DNA from: a virus
Direction: 5' to 3' (one strand)
Virus record (IMG/VR): IMGVR_UViG_3300008451_000421
Location: 4,562-68,561 of that record
Length of the DNA stretch: 64,000 bases
Under the pieces are notes generated by a model. It was not told the origin of the DNA. It saw only the letters and a program-made list of their open reading frames with translations, and did not search any database. Position numbers and translations under genes: made by a program. Position 1 is the stretch's first letter, and the number at the start of each line of letters is the position of its first letter. Positions 27,309 through 37,312 of the stretch are shown piece by piece.

Positions 27309-28994
27309 CTACTCCACAGCCAGGTCTTCGAGGGTCTGGATGGCCAGTTGCGTTTGGCCGACCTCGTCAGTCAAATAGTCGATCGTCATCTCGTCGCTCG
27401 CGAACCGGGCGGCCGGCAGCCAGGAGATGCGCGACACACTGGCGGGCGTGATCGTCACCGGCAGGGCCCCGGTCAGTTGGATCATCGTGTCGTCACCGTC
27501 CACGTCGCTGACGGTCGTGATCGGGGTCGTGCCGACCAGCTTCCGATAGAACCGGCTGCCGTCGTTCAGCACGACCTCGATCGCCCGGTGGACGGTGTCA
27601 TTGGCGAACGCGCTGAAGACCTCTTGCCCGGCCACCCGGATGAAGAAGTTGCCGACCAGTGCCGTGGCGGCCAGCACCAGGTCCGGCATCCCTGTCGAGA
27701 TGTGGAACTCACCCCGGCGGCCCTTGGCGCGCTCGAACACCTGCTGGATGGCCTGCAGGTTCTCGGGGTCGCGACCGACGTAGGACGCCTTGAAGATCTG
27801 GGTGCTGAAGCTGATCGGCCGGAAGCGCGAGATCACGCCGCGGCCGTAGTCCACGGTCTCGCTCGGAAACTGGTAGCTGACGTCGATCCCGTCCCGCCAG
27901 TTGGGCTTGCGGGTGAACACCTCGCGGCCCTCGAGCGTTGCGACCGGCGAGCCCTGGCTGCGCGGGGGCTCTGAGGCCGGGTCCACCTCGAACCGCACGT
28001 TGACCGTGGCGATGGAGTCGGTGAGTTGCCGGGCCGAGAGGTCGCCGGCCAAAACACCTTGCAGGCCCGGATACACTTTCGACCCGGCCGGCCACGCGCC
28101 GCTGCTGGCGGTGAAGACGACGACCTGATCTGCGAGGTGGTCGATCTTGCGGATCTCCCGGCGATCCCCGTCTACCATGACCACGGTCGCACCGGCCGCC
28201 AGCCAGTCGGGAACGGCGTCCACGGTGACACTGGTCGTCCCACCGGCACTGGCGGCGCTGGCGAGCACCCGCCGCGTCACGTCGGGCATGATCATGACCT
28301 TGTTCTGCCAGGACGCCATGAGCGCGCGGAAGGTCCGCAGCTTGACGCCCGACGTGATCGAGGAGAACTCGACCGTCTTGCGAGGCGTGGTCCGCAGGGC
28401 CCGGCGCTGCTCTTTGCCCGAGCGGCTGGTCCAGATGTCGGTCTTGAAACTCAGGTTGACCCGGAAGCCCGACTTCCAGTCGACAGCGAACGGCCACACC
28501 TTGGCGCGGGATCCCGAGGTGGTGACGATGGGCGCGTCACCGGAGTCGAACTCGAAGGTGTAGCGACCCTCGATGTTGGGCGGGCCGTCGAGCAGCGCCG
28601 TGACCGCGTAGGTGGCCAGTTCCAGCGGCGCGAAGATCTTGGGCGAGACGCCAAAGAGTTCGAGGCCCTCCGTGCCGTTCTCGGTGACCTGGTCGAGGTC
28701 GATCGAGACCAGCCAGGCGCTCCAGACATCGACGTACTGGGTGGCTTGGCTGGACAGCGCGCCGAAGTCGATGTGCGACGGCAGCGCATAGACCCGGTTG
28801 TAGAAGTCCCAGAAGAATTGCGCCGGCAGCGCAGCGTTACCAGTCAGCCCGACGTCGTGGCTTGGGTTCGGCACCGAGCCACTGGTCGCTGAGTAAGTCA
28901 GCGCGTAGGTGCCGCCGGGCCCGGCCACCCAGACGACAGGCAGCGTCATGCCCGACACGTCGGCGGCAAACACGGTGCCCAGTGCGTCGGCCAC
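27309..28994 (-). CDS. Distal tail / virion structural protein
   Basis: FKTDIWTSRSGKEQRRALRTTPR; position after the tape measure. Confidence 0.7.
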   Translation of the reverse strand: MADALGTVFAADVSGMTLPVVWVAGPGGTYALTYSATSGSVPNPSHDVGLTGNAALPAQFFWDFYNRVYALPSHIDFGALSSQATQYVDVWSAWLVSIDLDQVTENGTEGLELFGVSPKIFAPLELATYAVTALLDGPPNIEGRYTFEFDSGDAPIVTTSGSRAKVWPFAVDWKSGFRVNLSFKTDIWTSRSGKEQRRALRTTPRKTVEFSSITSGVKLRTFRALMASWQNKVMIMPDVTRRVLASAASAGGTTSVTVDAVPDWLAAGATVVMVDGDRREIRKIDHLADQVVVFTASSGAWPAGSKVYPGLQGVLAGDLSARQLTDSIATVNVRFEVDPASEPPRSQGSPVATLEGREVFTRKPNWRDGIDVSYQFPSETVDYGRGVISRFRPISFSTQIFKASYVGRDPENLQAIQQVFERAKGRRGEFHISTGMPDLVLAATALVGNFFIRVAGQEVFSAFANDTVHRAIEVVLNDGSRFYRKLVGTTPITTVSDVDGDDTMIQLTGALPVTITPASVSRISWLPAARFASDEMTIDYLTDEVGQTQLAIQTLEDLAVE

Positions 28995-28997
28995 GGG

Positions 28998-30080
28998 CTA
29001 GGTGACCTTCTTGTAGGCGAGCGCGTACTGGCCGCTCGTCGCGCCGTCGAACCCGGCCGTGCGGTCGAGCCCCCACGCGCGCTGCGTCATCGACGGGAAG
29101 ACCTTCCACGTCTCGCTGCCGTAGGTGATCTCCTGGCCCGGGCCCATACCTTCCATGTTCAGCATCCGCACGTTCGGATAGTCGCCGACGTAGCAGAGTT
29201 GCGAAGTGGCCGGGTTGATGATGATCACGGGCAGCGGCCACAGCACGGCGTTGCCCGACCACTGGGACACGGCCGACACGACCACGTTGGACAGCAAGGC
29301 GTTCGCGCTGCTGCCGACTCCGTAGTTGGCCGGGCGCATGGAGCGGTTGACCAGCGGGAGCGACATGGCCGTGCCGGCCAGGGTGTAGTTGCCGAGGATC
29401 ACGCCGGCCGACCAGGAGACCGGCAGCGCGTCCGGGATGTGGTGCTGCGCGGTCGCGCTGCCGATGACCGTGGTGGTGTTGTTCCCGTCGAAGATGGTCG
29501 GGTGCCGGGTCGGATCGTTGAAGATCATCGACGCACTGGTGAGGTCCGTGCCGGCGGTGTTGCGATACCAGTAGCGGTTCGCGCCGACCGCGTAGCCGAC
29601 GCCCGCGTGGCTCAGGCCCTTCTTGTCGAGGTTACCGATGCTGAAGTGCTGGTAGCGGTCGCTGGCCGTCTGGATCACGACGTGGATGTAAGCCGGGTCG
29701 CCCGCACCCTCGTTGCCGCTGAAGAAGTGGTAGGCGGCGAACGGCCCGATCAGGTCGTTGACCTCGACGCGGTCGTTGTCGGTGGCCGTGGTGACGATCG
29801 ACCCGGGGTGCGAGTTGTAGGTCGTCAGCGAGGTGGTGATCGAGGTCGACAGGGCGATGCGAAGCACCGTGTCGGTGACAGCCGTCGAGACGCCGCCCGG
29901 GTAGGTCGTCAGCGCCTGTGTCGCGCCCTGCATGGCAACGAAACACTGCCCCTTGCGCATGAACAGCAGGTTGCTACCCGACGTCCACTTGTCGATCGTC
30001 CACCCTTGAGCGGCGGCGAAGGTTTGCAGGGCGGCCAGGATCTCGTTGAGGTTGGCGGCGCTACCGGTCGCATAGGCCAC
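28998..30080 (-). CDS. Virion structural (tail) protein
   Basis: MAYATGSA..AQGWT; paralog of the neighbouring gene. Confidence 0.7.
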   Translation of the reverse strand: MAYATGSAANLNEILAALQTFAAAQGWTIDKWTSGSNLLFMRKGQCFVAMQGATQALTTYPGGVSTAVTDTVLRIALSTSITTSLTTYNSHPGSIVTTATDNDRVEVNDLIGPFAAYHFFSGNEGAGDPAYIHVVIQTASDRYQHFSIGNLDKKGLSHAGVGYAVGANRYWYRNTAGTDLTSASMIFNDPTRHPTIFDGNNTTTVIGSATAQHHIPDALPVSWSAGVILGNYTLAGTAMSLPLVNRSMRPANYGVGSSANALLSNVVVSAVSQWSGNAVLWPLPVIIINPATSQLCYVGDYPNVRMLNMEGMGPGQEITYGSETWKVFPSMTQRAWGLDRTAGFDGATSGQYALAYKKVT

Positions 30081-30082
30081 GG

Positions 30083-31060
30083 TCAGACCTCCTTGATGAC
30101 GAAGAAGTCGTTGCCGGATGCCCGGGAGATGTTCTGGAACGCCTTGTGGGTTGCCCCGCCGGCCGTGATCACCTGCTCGGCAGCCATGCCGACTCCGGGC
30201 ACGGCGAAGACGCCGTCGAGCACACCGGGCGGGGCCTCATCGGCCTTGATGATCTGGACCGGCCACAGCCACCGCTCGCCCTGGCGCGTGGCCACGAAGT
30301 TGTCGAGCGCCCGGCCGGACGCCGCGCCGGCCAGAGACGCGCCGAACTCGTAGTAGGTCGAGTTGGTCGAGACGAAGTGGTCGCCTGAGTACGGCCACAT
30401 CCGGGCCTGCCCGTTCGTGAAGCTCTGGCCGTAGTCGTTGCTGGCGCTGGCGTCGTGATTGACGATGCCCTGCCACGAGCCACCGGGCGTCCGGTAGTAG
30501 GCGTTGCTGTCTTGGCCGCTTGCAAGGTCGCCGCCGGGATCGCAGAACATGCGGCGGGCGCTGTTGACCTGCGACCAGGGGGCGACCTTACCGTAGTCCG
30601 CGCCGATAAACAGCGGGAACGGATACTGGGTCGGCGTGCCGAACGGCAGGAAGAGTCCGGCGTAGAGGCTCATGTAGGCGGTCGAGCACTTGGCCACGAC
30701 GATGAAGCGCCGGTTGCTCACGTAGAACCAGTAGGTGATCGAGTTCTGCCACAGGTTCAGATAGACGTCGTTTTGCAGCTCGCCCGGGTTACCACCCTCG
30801 GTCGCGCCGGCCGTGTAGCCGGTCGCCCCGCGCACCCGCCACGAGTAGTAGCCGGCGGTCGCGTCGGCCACGGTCTTGATGTTGACGTAGATCTCGCGGC
30901 CGGTGCCCGAGCCGGGGGCCATCATTTGCAGGGAGGCTTGGGCGGTGATCGAGCCGGGGGCGGTCCAAGCCTTCTGAGTCCAGCCCTGAGCGACCAGGTA
31001 GAGCCGCAGTTTGTCCAGCAGATCGTGGTAGCTGGTCGCAGTCCCCGTTGTCAGCGCCAC
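30083..31060 (-). CDS. Virion structural (tail) protein
   Basis: MALTTGTA..YWFYVSNRRFIVVAK..QYPFPLFIG. Confidence 0.7.
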   Translation of the reverse strand: MALTTGTATSYHDLLDKLRLYLVAQGWTQKAWTAPGSITAQASLQMMAPGSGTGREIYVNIKTVADATAGYYSWRVRGATGYTAGATEGGNPGELQNDVYLNLWQNSITYWFYVSNRRFIVVAKCSTAYMSLYAGLFLPFGTPTQYPFPLFIGADYGKVAPWSQVNSARRMFCDPGGDLASGQDSNAYYRTPGGSWQGIVNHDASASNDYGQSFTNGQARMWPYSGDHFVSTNSTYYEFGASLAGAASGRALDNFVATRQGERWLWPVQIIKADEAPPGVLDGVFAVPGVGMAAEQVITAGGATHKAFQNISRASGNDFFVIKEV

Positions 31061-31128
31061 TTTCAGTCCCTCGCGTTCATGTCGGTCATATCAACAGCAG
31101 GGCCCGGCTTCAATCAAATGTTGAAGCT

Positions 31129-34100
31129 CTAGCCGCCCATGGCCTGCTTGAACGCCCCCGGGTTGTTGCGAACCAGGTTCAGGATCGCCTTCTCGCCGAC
31201 GCTCGTATTGAGGCCCTGCTGCACCATGTCCCCGGCGTCGATCGCGTTGACGATCTTGATCTGGGGTGCCGGAACAACCGTGCCGCCCATGCCGCCACCG
31301 TTGAACTGGTGGCGCGGATCGGACTCGGTCAGCACCTCCTCGTTCTTCTGGAGCACGGCCGGCACCTCGTTGGGCTTGAGGCCGACGATGCCGCCAGTGT
31401 GGTAGCGAGCGGCGTTCGCGAACCAGGACGGCGAGACGGCGCGCGCCTGCCCGCCTTGGCCGACGATGCCACCTTCGTGGAACAGCCCGGCCACCGTACT
31501 TGCGATGACGCCGCCCACGCCACCGCCGCCTCCCGCGCCCGCGCCGAGCATGTTGAGGATGGCCTGCTTCAGGATCATCTGAGCGATCTGGCGCAGGAAG
31601 TCCGCAGCGAACTGGCGGAAGGCGTCGCCGGCCGCATCGAAGGCGTTCTCGCCATTGGCCACCGCCTTGGCGAAGCTGTCGAACGCCCCTGCCAGACCGG
31701 TCGCGATCATCTCGTTGGCCTGCTGGCCGGTGATGACCACCTTGTCCCCGACAGCCTTGACTTCAGCTTTGGCACCTTGGAGCTTCAGGATCGCGTTGTC
31801 GGCCTCGGGTCCGCCGATCGCCTTCCACATGGCGATGGCCCGGTCGATCGCGGTCTGCAGTTCAGCGTTGACGCCGGTCAGTTGAGCCTTCAGCCGCTCA
31901 GCAGTCCCGTTGTCGCCCTGCTGCTGGGCGAACGTGATCTGCTCTTGCAGCAGACGGCGACGCTCCATCAGATCGTTGACAGGCTGCTCGGCGGCAGCTT
32001 GCTGTTGCGCCAGCAGGCGCTCCTGATTACCGAGGTCGTAGGAGGCCGTGGCCGTGGCCCGGATCGCCACGATCTGAGCCTCGCTCAGGGTCAGCTTTTG
32101 TTTGGCGGCCGAAGCGATCTGCTCCTGGACCTCCTTCTCGATCGTGAGTTCGCGGACCAGCGCTTCGTTCTTCGCCAGGCGCGCGGCAGCGATGGCGTTG
32201 TCAGTCTCACCCTTTGCGACAAACTCGCTGATCGAGAGGTTGAGCGCCGCCTGCTTGGCGGCCAGTTCGTCGGCGTCCTTGGCGGCCTGCTTGTAGACGT
32301 CGGCCGGCGTCGGGGCCCGGCGATAGGACAGCACGTCGGAGGCCGGGAAGGTGTCTGTCCCGACCTTGTCGCCTTGGTTGCCGCCGAGAACCTTGACGTT
32401 CCCCTTGTCGTCGAAGCCCTGGAAGAAGCCGACGTGACCTTGGTCGGGGTTGCTGCCACGCTTCAGGACGACGATGTCGCCCGCCTGCGGCGTGGACGCC
32501 TCCTTGCCGTAGTCCAAGAATGACCGGGCATTCAGTTTGCCGGTGCCGGGCAGGTTGTTCGTCGCAAGCACCGCGTTCACGAAGGCCGCGCACCAGGCGG
32601 TCATCTTCGGGTCGACGTCTTGGCCGGCCTGCTTGAAGAGGTTCTGCAGGACGTTGTTGTCGACCGCGTTGTTCTCGCTGCGACCGTTGAATCGCATGGC
32701 TGTGGCAAGGAACGCCTGCCCCTGGATCTTGTCGAGGTCGGTGGCGTCCTTAAGCTGCTTGGCGGACTCCTTGCTGTTTTCCTTCTCGATTTTCAGACGC
32801 TCGGTGGCGGCGGCCAGTCGGCCGACCTCCGCAGCAGCGGTCTTACTCGCCCCGTCATTGGACGCGGCCAGGGACGCCTCGTCGTAGGCGGCCTTGATGC
32901 GCGCCTCGTCGCTCAGACCCTTCGCCAGTTCGAGCTTCTTGCGTGCAGCTTCCAGCGCCCGGAGGTCGGCCTTCCCGGTGTCTTCGCGATCCTCGGCCCG
33001 GATGCCGTTGAGTTTGGCGGCCTCTTCCAGTCGCTTCTTGGCGATCTGAGCGTCCAGTTCGGCCAGTTGCTTGGCGGCAATCTGGGCTGGAGAAGACCTG
33101 CCAAACGGACTCGTCTGAATGTTGCCGAGGAACGAACCTTGAAGTTCCGTGGTCTGCGCCTGAAGTTTGGCTCGTTGCGCCAGCAGTTCGGGCAAAGACT
33201 CGCCGCCCGGCAGCAGGTCGGTCGCCCGCTTGATCAGCTTCAGTAGTTCAGACAGGGCGCTGATCGCCGCAGTGATCGGCTTCGAGTTGCCGATGGAGCC
33301 CAAGAACCCGTCCCAGGCCCGACCCAGGTTCCGGGTGGCCTCCGACCATGGGCCGCGCATCTTCTGGGCCGCGTCAGACTGCCGGCGTTCGAGAAGCGCG
33401 TAGGCTTCGATCAGTGCCTCAGCGGTTTGGCCGCTCTCGGCCATGCTTTTCAGGTGCGCGTATTCGCTGGCGGTCAGGAAGTTCAGACTCTTGTCGAGTT
33501 CGTCCACCTGCTTCCAGCCGCCCGAGAAGCCCTCGGCCAGCTTCTTCGCAGCCTCGGGCAGGGCGATGCCGGTGACATCTGCCAGGTCTTGGGCCGTCTT
33601 GCCGAAGCGAACAAACTGCGACTGGTCGATACCGGCGGCGTTGAACGCCTTGACGGCCTTGCGTGCATCTTCGAGCGAGCCGCCGTAGACGTCGATCTGA
33701 TGGGCGGCATCAGCCATGGTCTTGGCGTTGTACTTCGCACCGTCAGCCGACGCCGCCAGGGCCGCGCCGAACTGCTTCACCGACGACGCTTCGTCAGCCA
33801 CGTTCTTGAGCGCCGCGGCCACGGTGCCAATGGCAGCGGCAATGACGACCAGGAAAGGCGACACGGCGGCCAGTGCCGGCCCGACGCGGGAGATCGCCGG
33901 GACCAACTGACGCTGGAAGACCTGGAAGACTTGACCACCCTGCTGCGCGAGCACCTGCATCACAGGTGTGCCGCTACCCAGTTGCGTGAAGACGTCGTTC
34001 ACCTGGTAGCTGAGCGAGTGCAGCTCGTAGGGCTTGAGGCCGAACAGCGTCCCCTTGCCGCCCGCGATGTCGACCTTCCCGAGGTTCTGAGCGGCCTCGT

Positions 34101-35277
34101 TGGCCCGCTGTCCGACGAGCTTGCTGGCCTGGGCGTACTCGGTGGCCGAGATCCTGCCGGACTTGTAGAGACCCTCGATCTCGCGAAGCTCTTGCGACAG
34201 CTTGTCGTTGACGGCGGCCAGGGGGTCGAGTTCACGGCGAAGGCGCGCAGCCGCAGCCGCCATCTGGTCCTCGGCCCGGGCGGCCTCCTCGAACACCGCA
34301 GCCGAATCGCGGGCCGACTTACCTGAGCCGCCGACGCCCAGTGCGGCGTTGATGCGCTGATATTGCTGCTCAGCCTCGGCAGCGTTGCGGGCGGCCACGG
34401 CGATGTCCCGGAACTTCTGGACCTCGGCGTCGGCCGCGCCGGTTGCACGTTCGGCCGCCTCTTTGCGACCAAGGGCTTGGGTCCAGAAGTCCACGTACTC
34501 GGCAGCGTCGCGCAGACGCTTGGCCTCAGCGGCCTCGCGGGTGAAGTCGATCGCGCCCTTGGCGAGGTTCAGCTTCTCGGCGGCCCGGTCGGCCGCGCGA
34601 GCGATCTCTTCTTGACTGGCGGCCACGCCGCCGAGCGACGTGCCGACACGCTGCGATGCGGTGTAGAGTTCCTGCCAGGCCGTGGATGCGGCGGCGAGCG
34701 AGATCTTCTGGTTCTCCAGGTCGCTCGACACGCTGTTCATGGCGGCCTGAAGTTTGCGCTCCTCGGCCGCAGCGCGCGTCACGGTTTGGTTGGCAACTGC
34801 CCGGGCTTCCCGAGCGGCGTCCAGTGCGACCTTCTCGGCCTTGTAGGCGTCGGCTGTCGCGCCGACCTCCTTGCGAACCTCAGCGGCCTTCTTGCTCTGC
34901 TGGTCAAACGCTGCGGCGGCCTGCTCGGCGGCAGCCTTGGCCTGCAGCGTCGCAGCGGCGGCGGCCTGCTGCTTGGCCACGAGTTGCGACAGTTCGCCGT
35001 TCATCTGGGCGACTCGGCTGTCAAGCCGGTCAACGGCGGCGGCAGCCTTGTCCATGTCGGACACGACGCGGCCGAAAGCCTTCAGCCCTTGGACTTGCGT
35101 GTTGAGGGTGGTGAACTCAGCGCCCAGGCGTGAGAGGACGTTGTCGATCTTGCCGGCGCTCTTGGACATATCGTCCTGAACGCCGACAAGATCCCGCAGC
35201 CCGGCGGTGAAGTTCTTGACGACCTTGTTGGCTTCGTCGCGAGCGCGGATTACGAGTTCAACGTCGCGCTCGGCCAT
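31129..35277 (-). CDS. Tape measure protein with an embedded TIGR02594/CHAP-like amidase domain
   Basis: LSYQVNDVFTQLGSG..VLAQQGGQ tape-measure motif; AWCAAFVN..GDIVVL..GHVGFF..VLGGNQ. Confidence 0.9.
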   Translation of the reverse strand: MAERDVELVIRARDEANKVVKNFTAGLRDLVGVQDDMSKSAGKIDNVLSRLGAEFTTLNTQVQGLKAFGRVVSDMDKAAAAVDRLDSRVAQMNGELSQLVAKQQAAAAATLQAKAAAEQAAAAFDQQSKKAAEVRKEVGATADAYKAEKVALDAAREARAVANQTVTRAAAEERKLQAAMNSVSSDLENQKISLAAASTAWQELYTASQRVGTSLGGVAASQEEIARAADRAAEKLNLAKGAIDFTREAAEAKRLRDAAEYVDFWTQALGRKEAAERATGAADAEVQKFRDIAVAARNAAEAEQQYQRINAALGVGGSGKSARDSAAVFEEAARAEDQMAAAAARLRRELDPLAAVNDKLSQELREIEGLYKSGRISATEYAQASKLVGQRANEAAQNLGKVDIAGGKGTLFGLKPYELHSLSYQVNDVFTQLGSGTPVMQVLAQQGGQVFQVFQRQLVPAISRVGPALAAVSPFLVVIAAAIGTVAAALKNVADEASSVKQFGAALAASADGAKYNAKTMADAAHQIDVYGGSLEDARKAVKAFNAAGIDQSQFVRFGKTAQDLADVTGIALPEAAKKLAEGFSGGWKQVDELDKSLNFLTASEYAHLKSMAESGQTAEALIEAYALLERRQSDAAQKMRGPWSEATRNLGRAWDGFLGSIGNSKPITAAISALSELLKLIKRATDLLPGGESLPELLAQRAKLQAQTTELQGSFLGNIQTSPFGRSSPAQIAAKQLAELDAQIAKKRLEEAAKLNGIRAEDREDTGKADLRALEAARKKLELAKGLSDEARIKAAYDEASLAASNDGASKTAAAEVGRLAAATERLKIEKENSKESAKQLKDATDLDKIQGQAFLATAMRFNGRSENNAVDNNVLQNLFKQAGQDVDPKMTAWCAAFVNAVLATNNLPGTGKLNARSFLDYGKEASTPQAGDIVVLKRGSNPDQGHVGFFQGFDDKGNVKVLGGNQGDKVGTDTFPASDVLSYRRAPTPADVYKQAAKDADELAAKQAALNLSISEFVAKGETDNAIAAARLAKNEALVRELTIEKEVQEQIASAAKQKLTLSEAQIVAIRATATASYDLGNQERLLAQQQAAAEQPVNDLMERRRLLQEQITFAQQQGDNGTAERLKAQLTGVNAELQTAIDRAIAMWKAIGGPEADNAILKLQGAKAEVKAVGDKVVITGQQANEMIATGLAGAFDSFAKAVANGENAFDAAGDAFRQFAADFLRQIAQMILKQAILNMLGAGAGGGGGVGGVIASTVAGLFHEGGIVGQGGQARAVSPSWFANAARYHTGGIVGLKPNEVPAVLQKNEEVLTESDPRHQFNGGGMGGTVVPAPQIKIVNAIDAGDMVQQGLNTSVGEKAILNLVRNNPGAFKQAMGG

Positions 35278-35278
35278 C

Positions 35279-35590
35279 TCAGTCTCCAGTCATCCGCTTA
35301 ATCATTTTGTCGAACTGCTTGCCGCCCTCTTTCGACAGGACGGAGGAGACGGCCATCTTGAGAAGGATCGCCCTGGTCGCCTCTTGGCTGTTGTGCCTTT
35401 TGACGATCAAGTTGCTTTCATCCCAAACCCGGCCGATCGGGTAGTGCCAGGCGTGGGGGTGGCCGCATTCCAGCAAAAGATTGACCTGCCGGCGCAGCCC
35501 CCACACCCACTCATTCAGACTCCCCGGACGCTCTCGATCAGCCGGTTTGTTCCCTGAAGCACCTTGACCACCGTCTCCACGACTTTTCCC
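35279..35590 (-). CDS. Tail assembly chaperone extension (gpGT-like, -1 frameshift product)
   Basis: -1 frame is open from the GGGAAAA slippery site to the stop at 35279. Confidence 0.7.
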   Translation of the reverse strand, partial: GKSRGDGGQGASGNKPADRERPGSLNEWVWGLRRQVNLLLECGHPHAWHYPIGRVWDESNLIVKRHNSQEATRAILLKMAVSSVLSKEGGKQFDKMIKRMTGD

Positions 35591-35946
35591 ACATGTTCGT
35601 CCGACGTGAAGGTCTGAGCGCCCACGGCTTCGAGGATCTCAAGCTGCAGGCCAAACGGCAGCCGCTCGAACACCTCGATCTTGTCGGGCTCGTCGGCGGC
35701 CAGTGCCATGGCCTCGGCTGCGGCTTGCGGCGCAACCTCGATCAGAGCGACCGCCAGCGAGGTCATGTCACCCAGGTCGGTGGCGACGCCCTTGTTGGTC
35801 AGAACGTTGAAGAACGACCCCAGCACGATGGCGTGCTTGTGGGTCAGCGTGACCACATCTTGGAGGCTGAGCCCCCGGACGGTAACGTCGCCGCCCGGGA
35901 ACTCGACCTTCTTGGTCATCAAGGCTGGTGTGAAGTTGAGGCCCAC
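35515..35946 (-). CDS. Tail assembly chaperone (gpG-like)
   Basis: Lies between tail tube and tape measure; VTVRGLSL motif. Confidence 0.8.
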   Translation of the reverse strand: MGLNFTPALMTKKVEFPGGDVTVRGLSLQDVVTLTHKHAIVLGSFFNVLTNKGVATDLGDMTSLAVALIEVAPQAAAEAMALAADEPDKIEVFERLPFGLQLEILEAVGAQTFTSDEHVGKVVETVVKVLQGTNRLIESVRGV

Positions 35947-35960
35947 GATCCTCGACTCCC

Positions 35961-36764
35961 TTAAGCCGTCACAGCACGGCCATCGGCGTAGATCGCCTCA
36001 TAGCCGGTCTTGCGCAGGGCCTCGATGTTGAACGGCAGTTGCTGCCACTCTTCGCCGATGAAGCTGATCTCGCCGTTCGGCGTCAGCTTGACCCAGGGCA
36101 TGAACACGTCGCGCTTCACGCCCTTGGGGGCGTAGGAGATGAAGCGCAGCGAGCCTTCCAGAGCCGACGAACCCGAGATCACGCGGCTGCGCGTCTGGGT
36201 CTTGGTCTTGTAGTCCACCGTGATGTCGTCGCCCTCGACCAGGGTGCCGCCGGCCAGGATCGTCAGACGAGCCAGGTCCATGTCGATGGTGTAGTCGACA
36301 CCCTCGACCATTTCGGTGGAGGCCTTCTTGACGATGACCTTCTTGGCGGGCGGACCAACGGTGTGGATGTCCAGGGCGCGAGCGCCGGACGGCAGAGCGA
36401 GGGTCGCGCCGAGCTGGTAGGTGTTGCCCAGTTCGACGTCGGCGATGGCTTCAGCGGTGACGGTCGCGCCCGTGATCGACAGGTTCTCGGACGTGCCGAA
36501 GAAGAACAGGGCGATGTTCTCGGGGACGATGTTGTCGGTGATCAGCGAGCCGGTGCGGGTCACTTCCAGCGTCATCGAGTCATCCTTTTCGCGGATGCCC
36601 TTTTCCGAAGAGAAGTGGTCCAGTTCTTCCGACTCGATGGTCATGTTGAACTCGGGGCTGTTCCCGATCTTGCGCTCGCCGCGCGGGATCTGGGTGCCGG
36701 GCTTGAACGGGGCGAAGTACATCTCGCCCTTACTGACGACGTAGTTATTGGCCATGGGGGTCAA
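35961..36764 (-). CDS. Major tail tube protein
   Basis: NYVVSKGEMYF..IGNSPEF..LDHFSS..PWVKLTPNG. Confidence 0.8.
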   Translation of the reverse strand: MTPMANNYVVSKGEMYFAPFKPGTQIPRGERKIGNSPEFNMTIESEELDHFSSEKGIREKDDSMTLEVTRTGSLITDNIVPENIALFFFGTSENLSITGATVTAEAIADVELGNTYQLGATLALPSGARALDIHTVGPPAKKVIVKKASTEMVEGVDYTIDMDLARLTILAGGTLVEGDDITVDYKTKTQTRSRVISGSSALEGSLRFISYAPKGVKRDVFMPWVKLTPNGEISFIGEEWQQLPFNIEALRKTGYEAIYADGRAVTA

Positions 36765-36802
36765 CTCCTTGGGGTTGGATCACGTATATGTTGAAAGTTC
36801 CA

Positions 36803-37312
36803 CTACGCAAAGGGTTCTTCAGGGTCCTCCGCAATGCGCAGCGTCAGCGGCAGGTAGAAGTAAGCCTTGGCTGACACCTCATCGGCCGGGCGCACGATGC
36901 CGCGACCGATCGACTTGATCTCCACGCGGCCGTCCTCAATGCCCAGGCAGTTGTAGCTCCCGTTCTTCCGCTTCTCCTTGGCCAGGGCGCGCTTGACGTC
37001 GGCCAGCAGGAAGTGGGCGGGATCGGTGGGGTTCTTCGGGTTGGTCGGGTCGCTGTCCACGAAGCCTTGTAGCAGCAGGTCCCACTCGCCGTAGCCGCCC
37101 GTGGAGTCGCGCGGGCTGGTCAGTTCTTCGGGCGCAACAGGTGGCTCGAGGATGGCGACCATCGGCAGCGGGTCGCTGTCGCCGAAGATGTCGCGCCCAC
37201 GGAACACCGCACCTTCCAGGTCGAAGGTGTAGCCGCCGGCCGGCTTGACCGTCTCAATGCAAGCGACGAGCGCTTTCTGAACGCGCAGCAAGAACGGCTC
37301 GGTGAAGGCCAT
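36803..37312 (-). CDS. Tail terminator protein
   Basis: Position; DLEGAVFRGR..LPMVAILE. Confidence 0.7.
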   Translation of the reverse strand: MAFTEPFLLRVQKALVACIETVKPAGGYTFDLEGAVFRGRDIFGDSDPLPMVAILEPPVAPEELTSPRDSTGGYGEWDLLLQGFVDSDPTNPKNPTDPAHFLLADVKRALAKEKRKNGSYNCLGIEDGRVEIKSIGRGIVRPADEVSAKAYFYLPLTLRIAEDPEEPFA

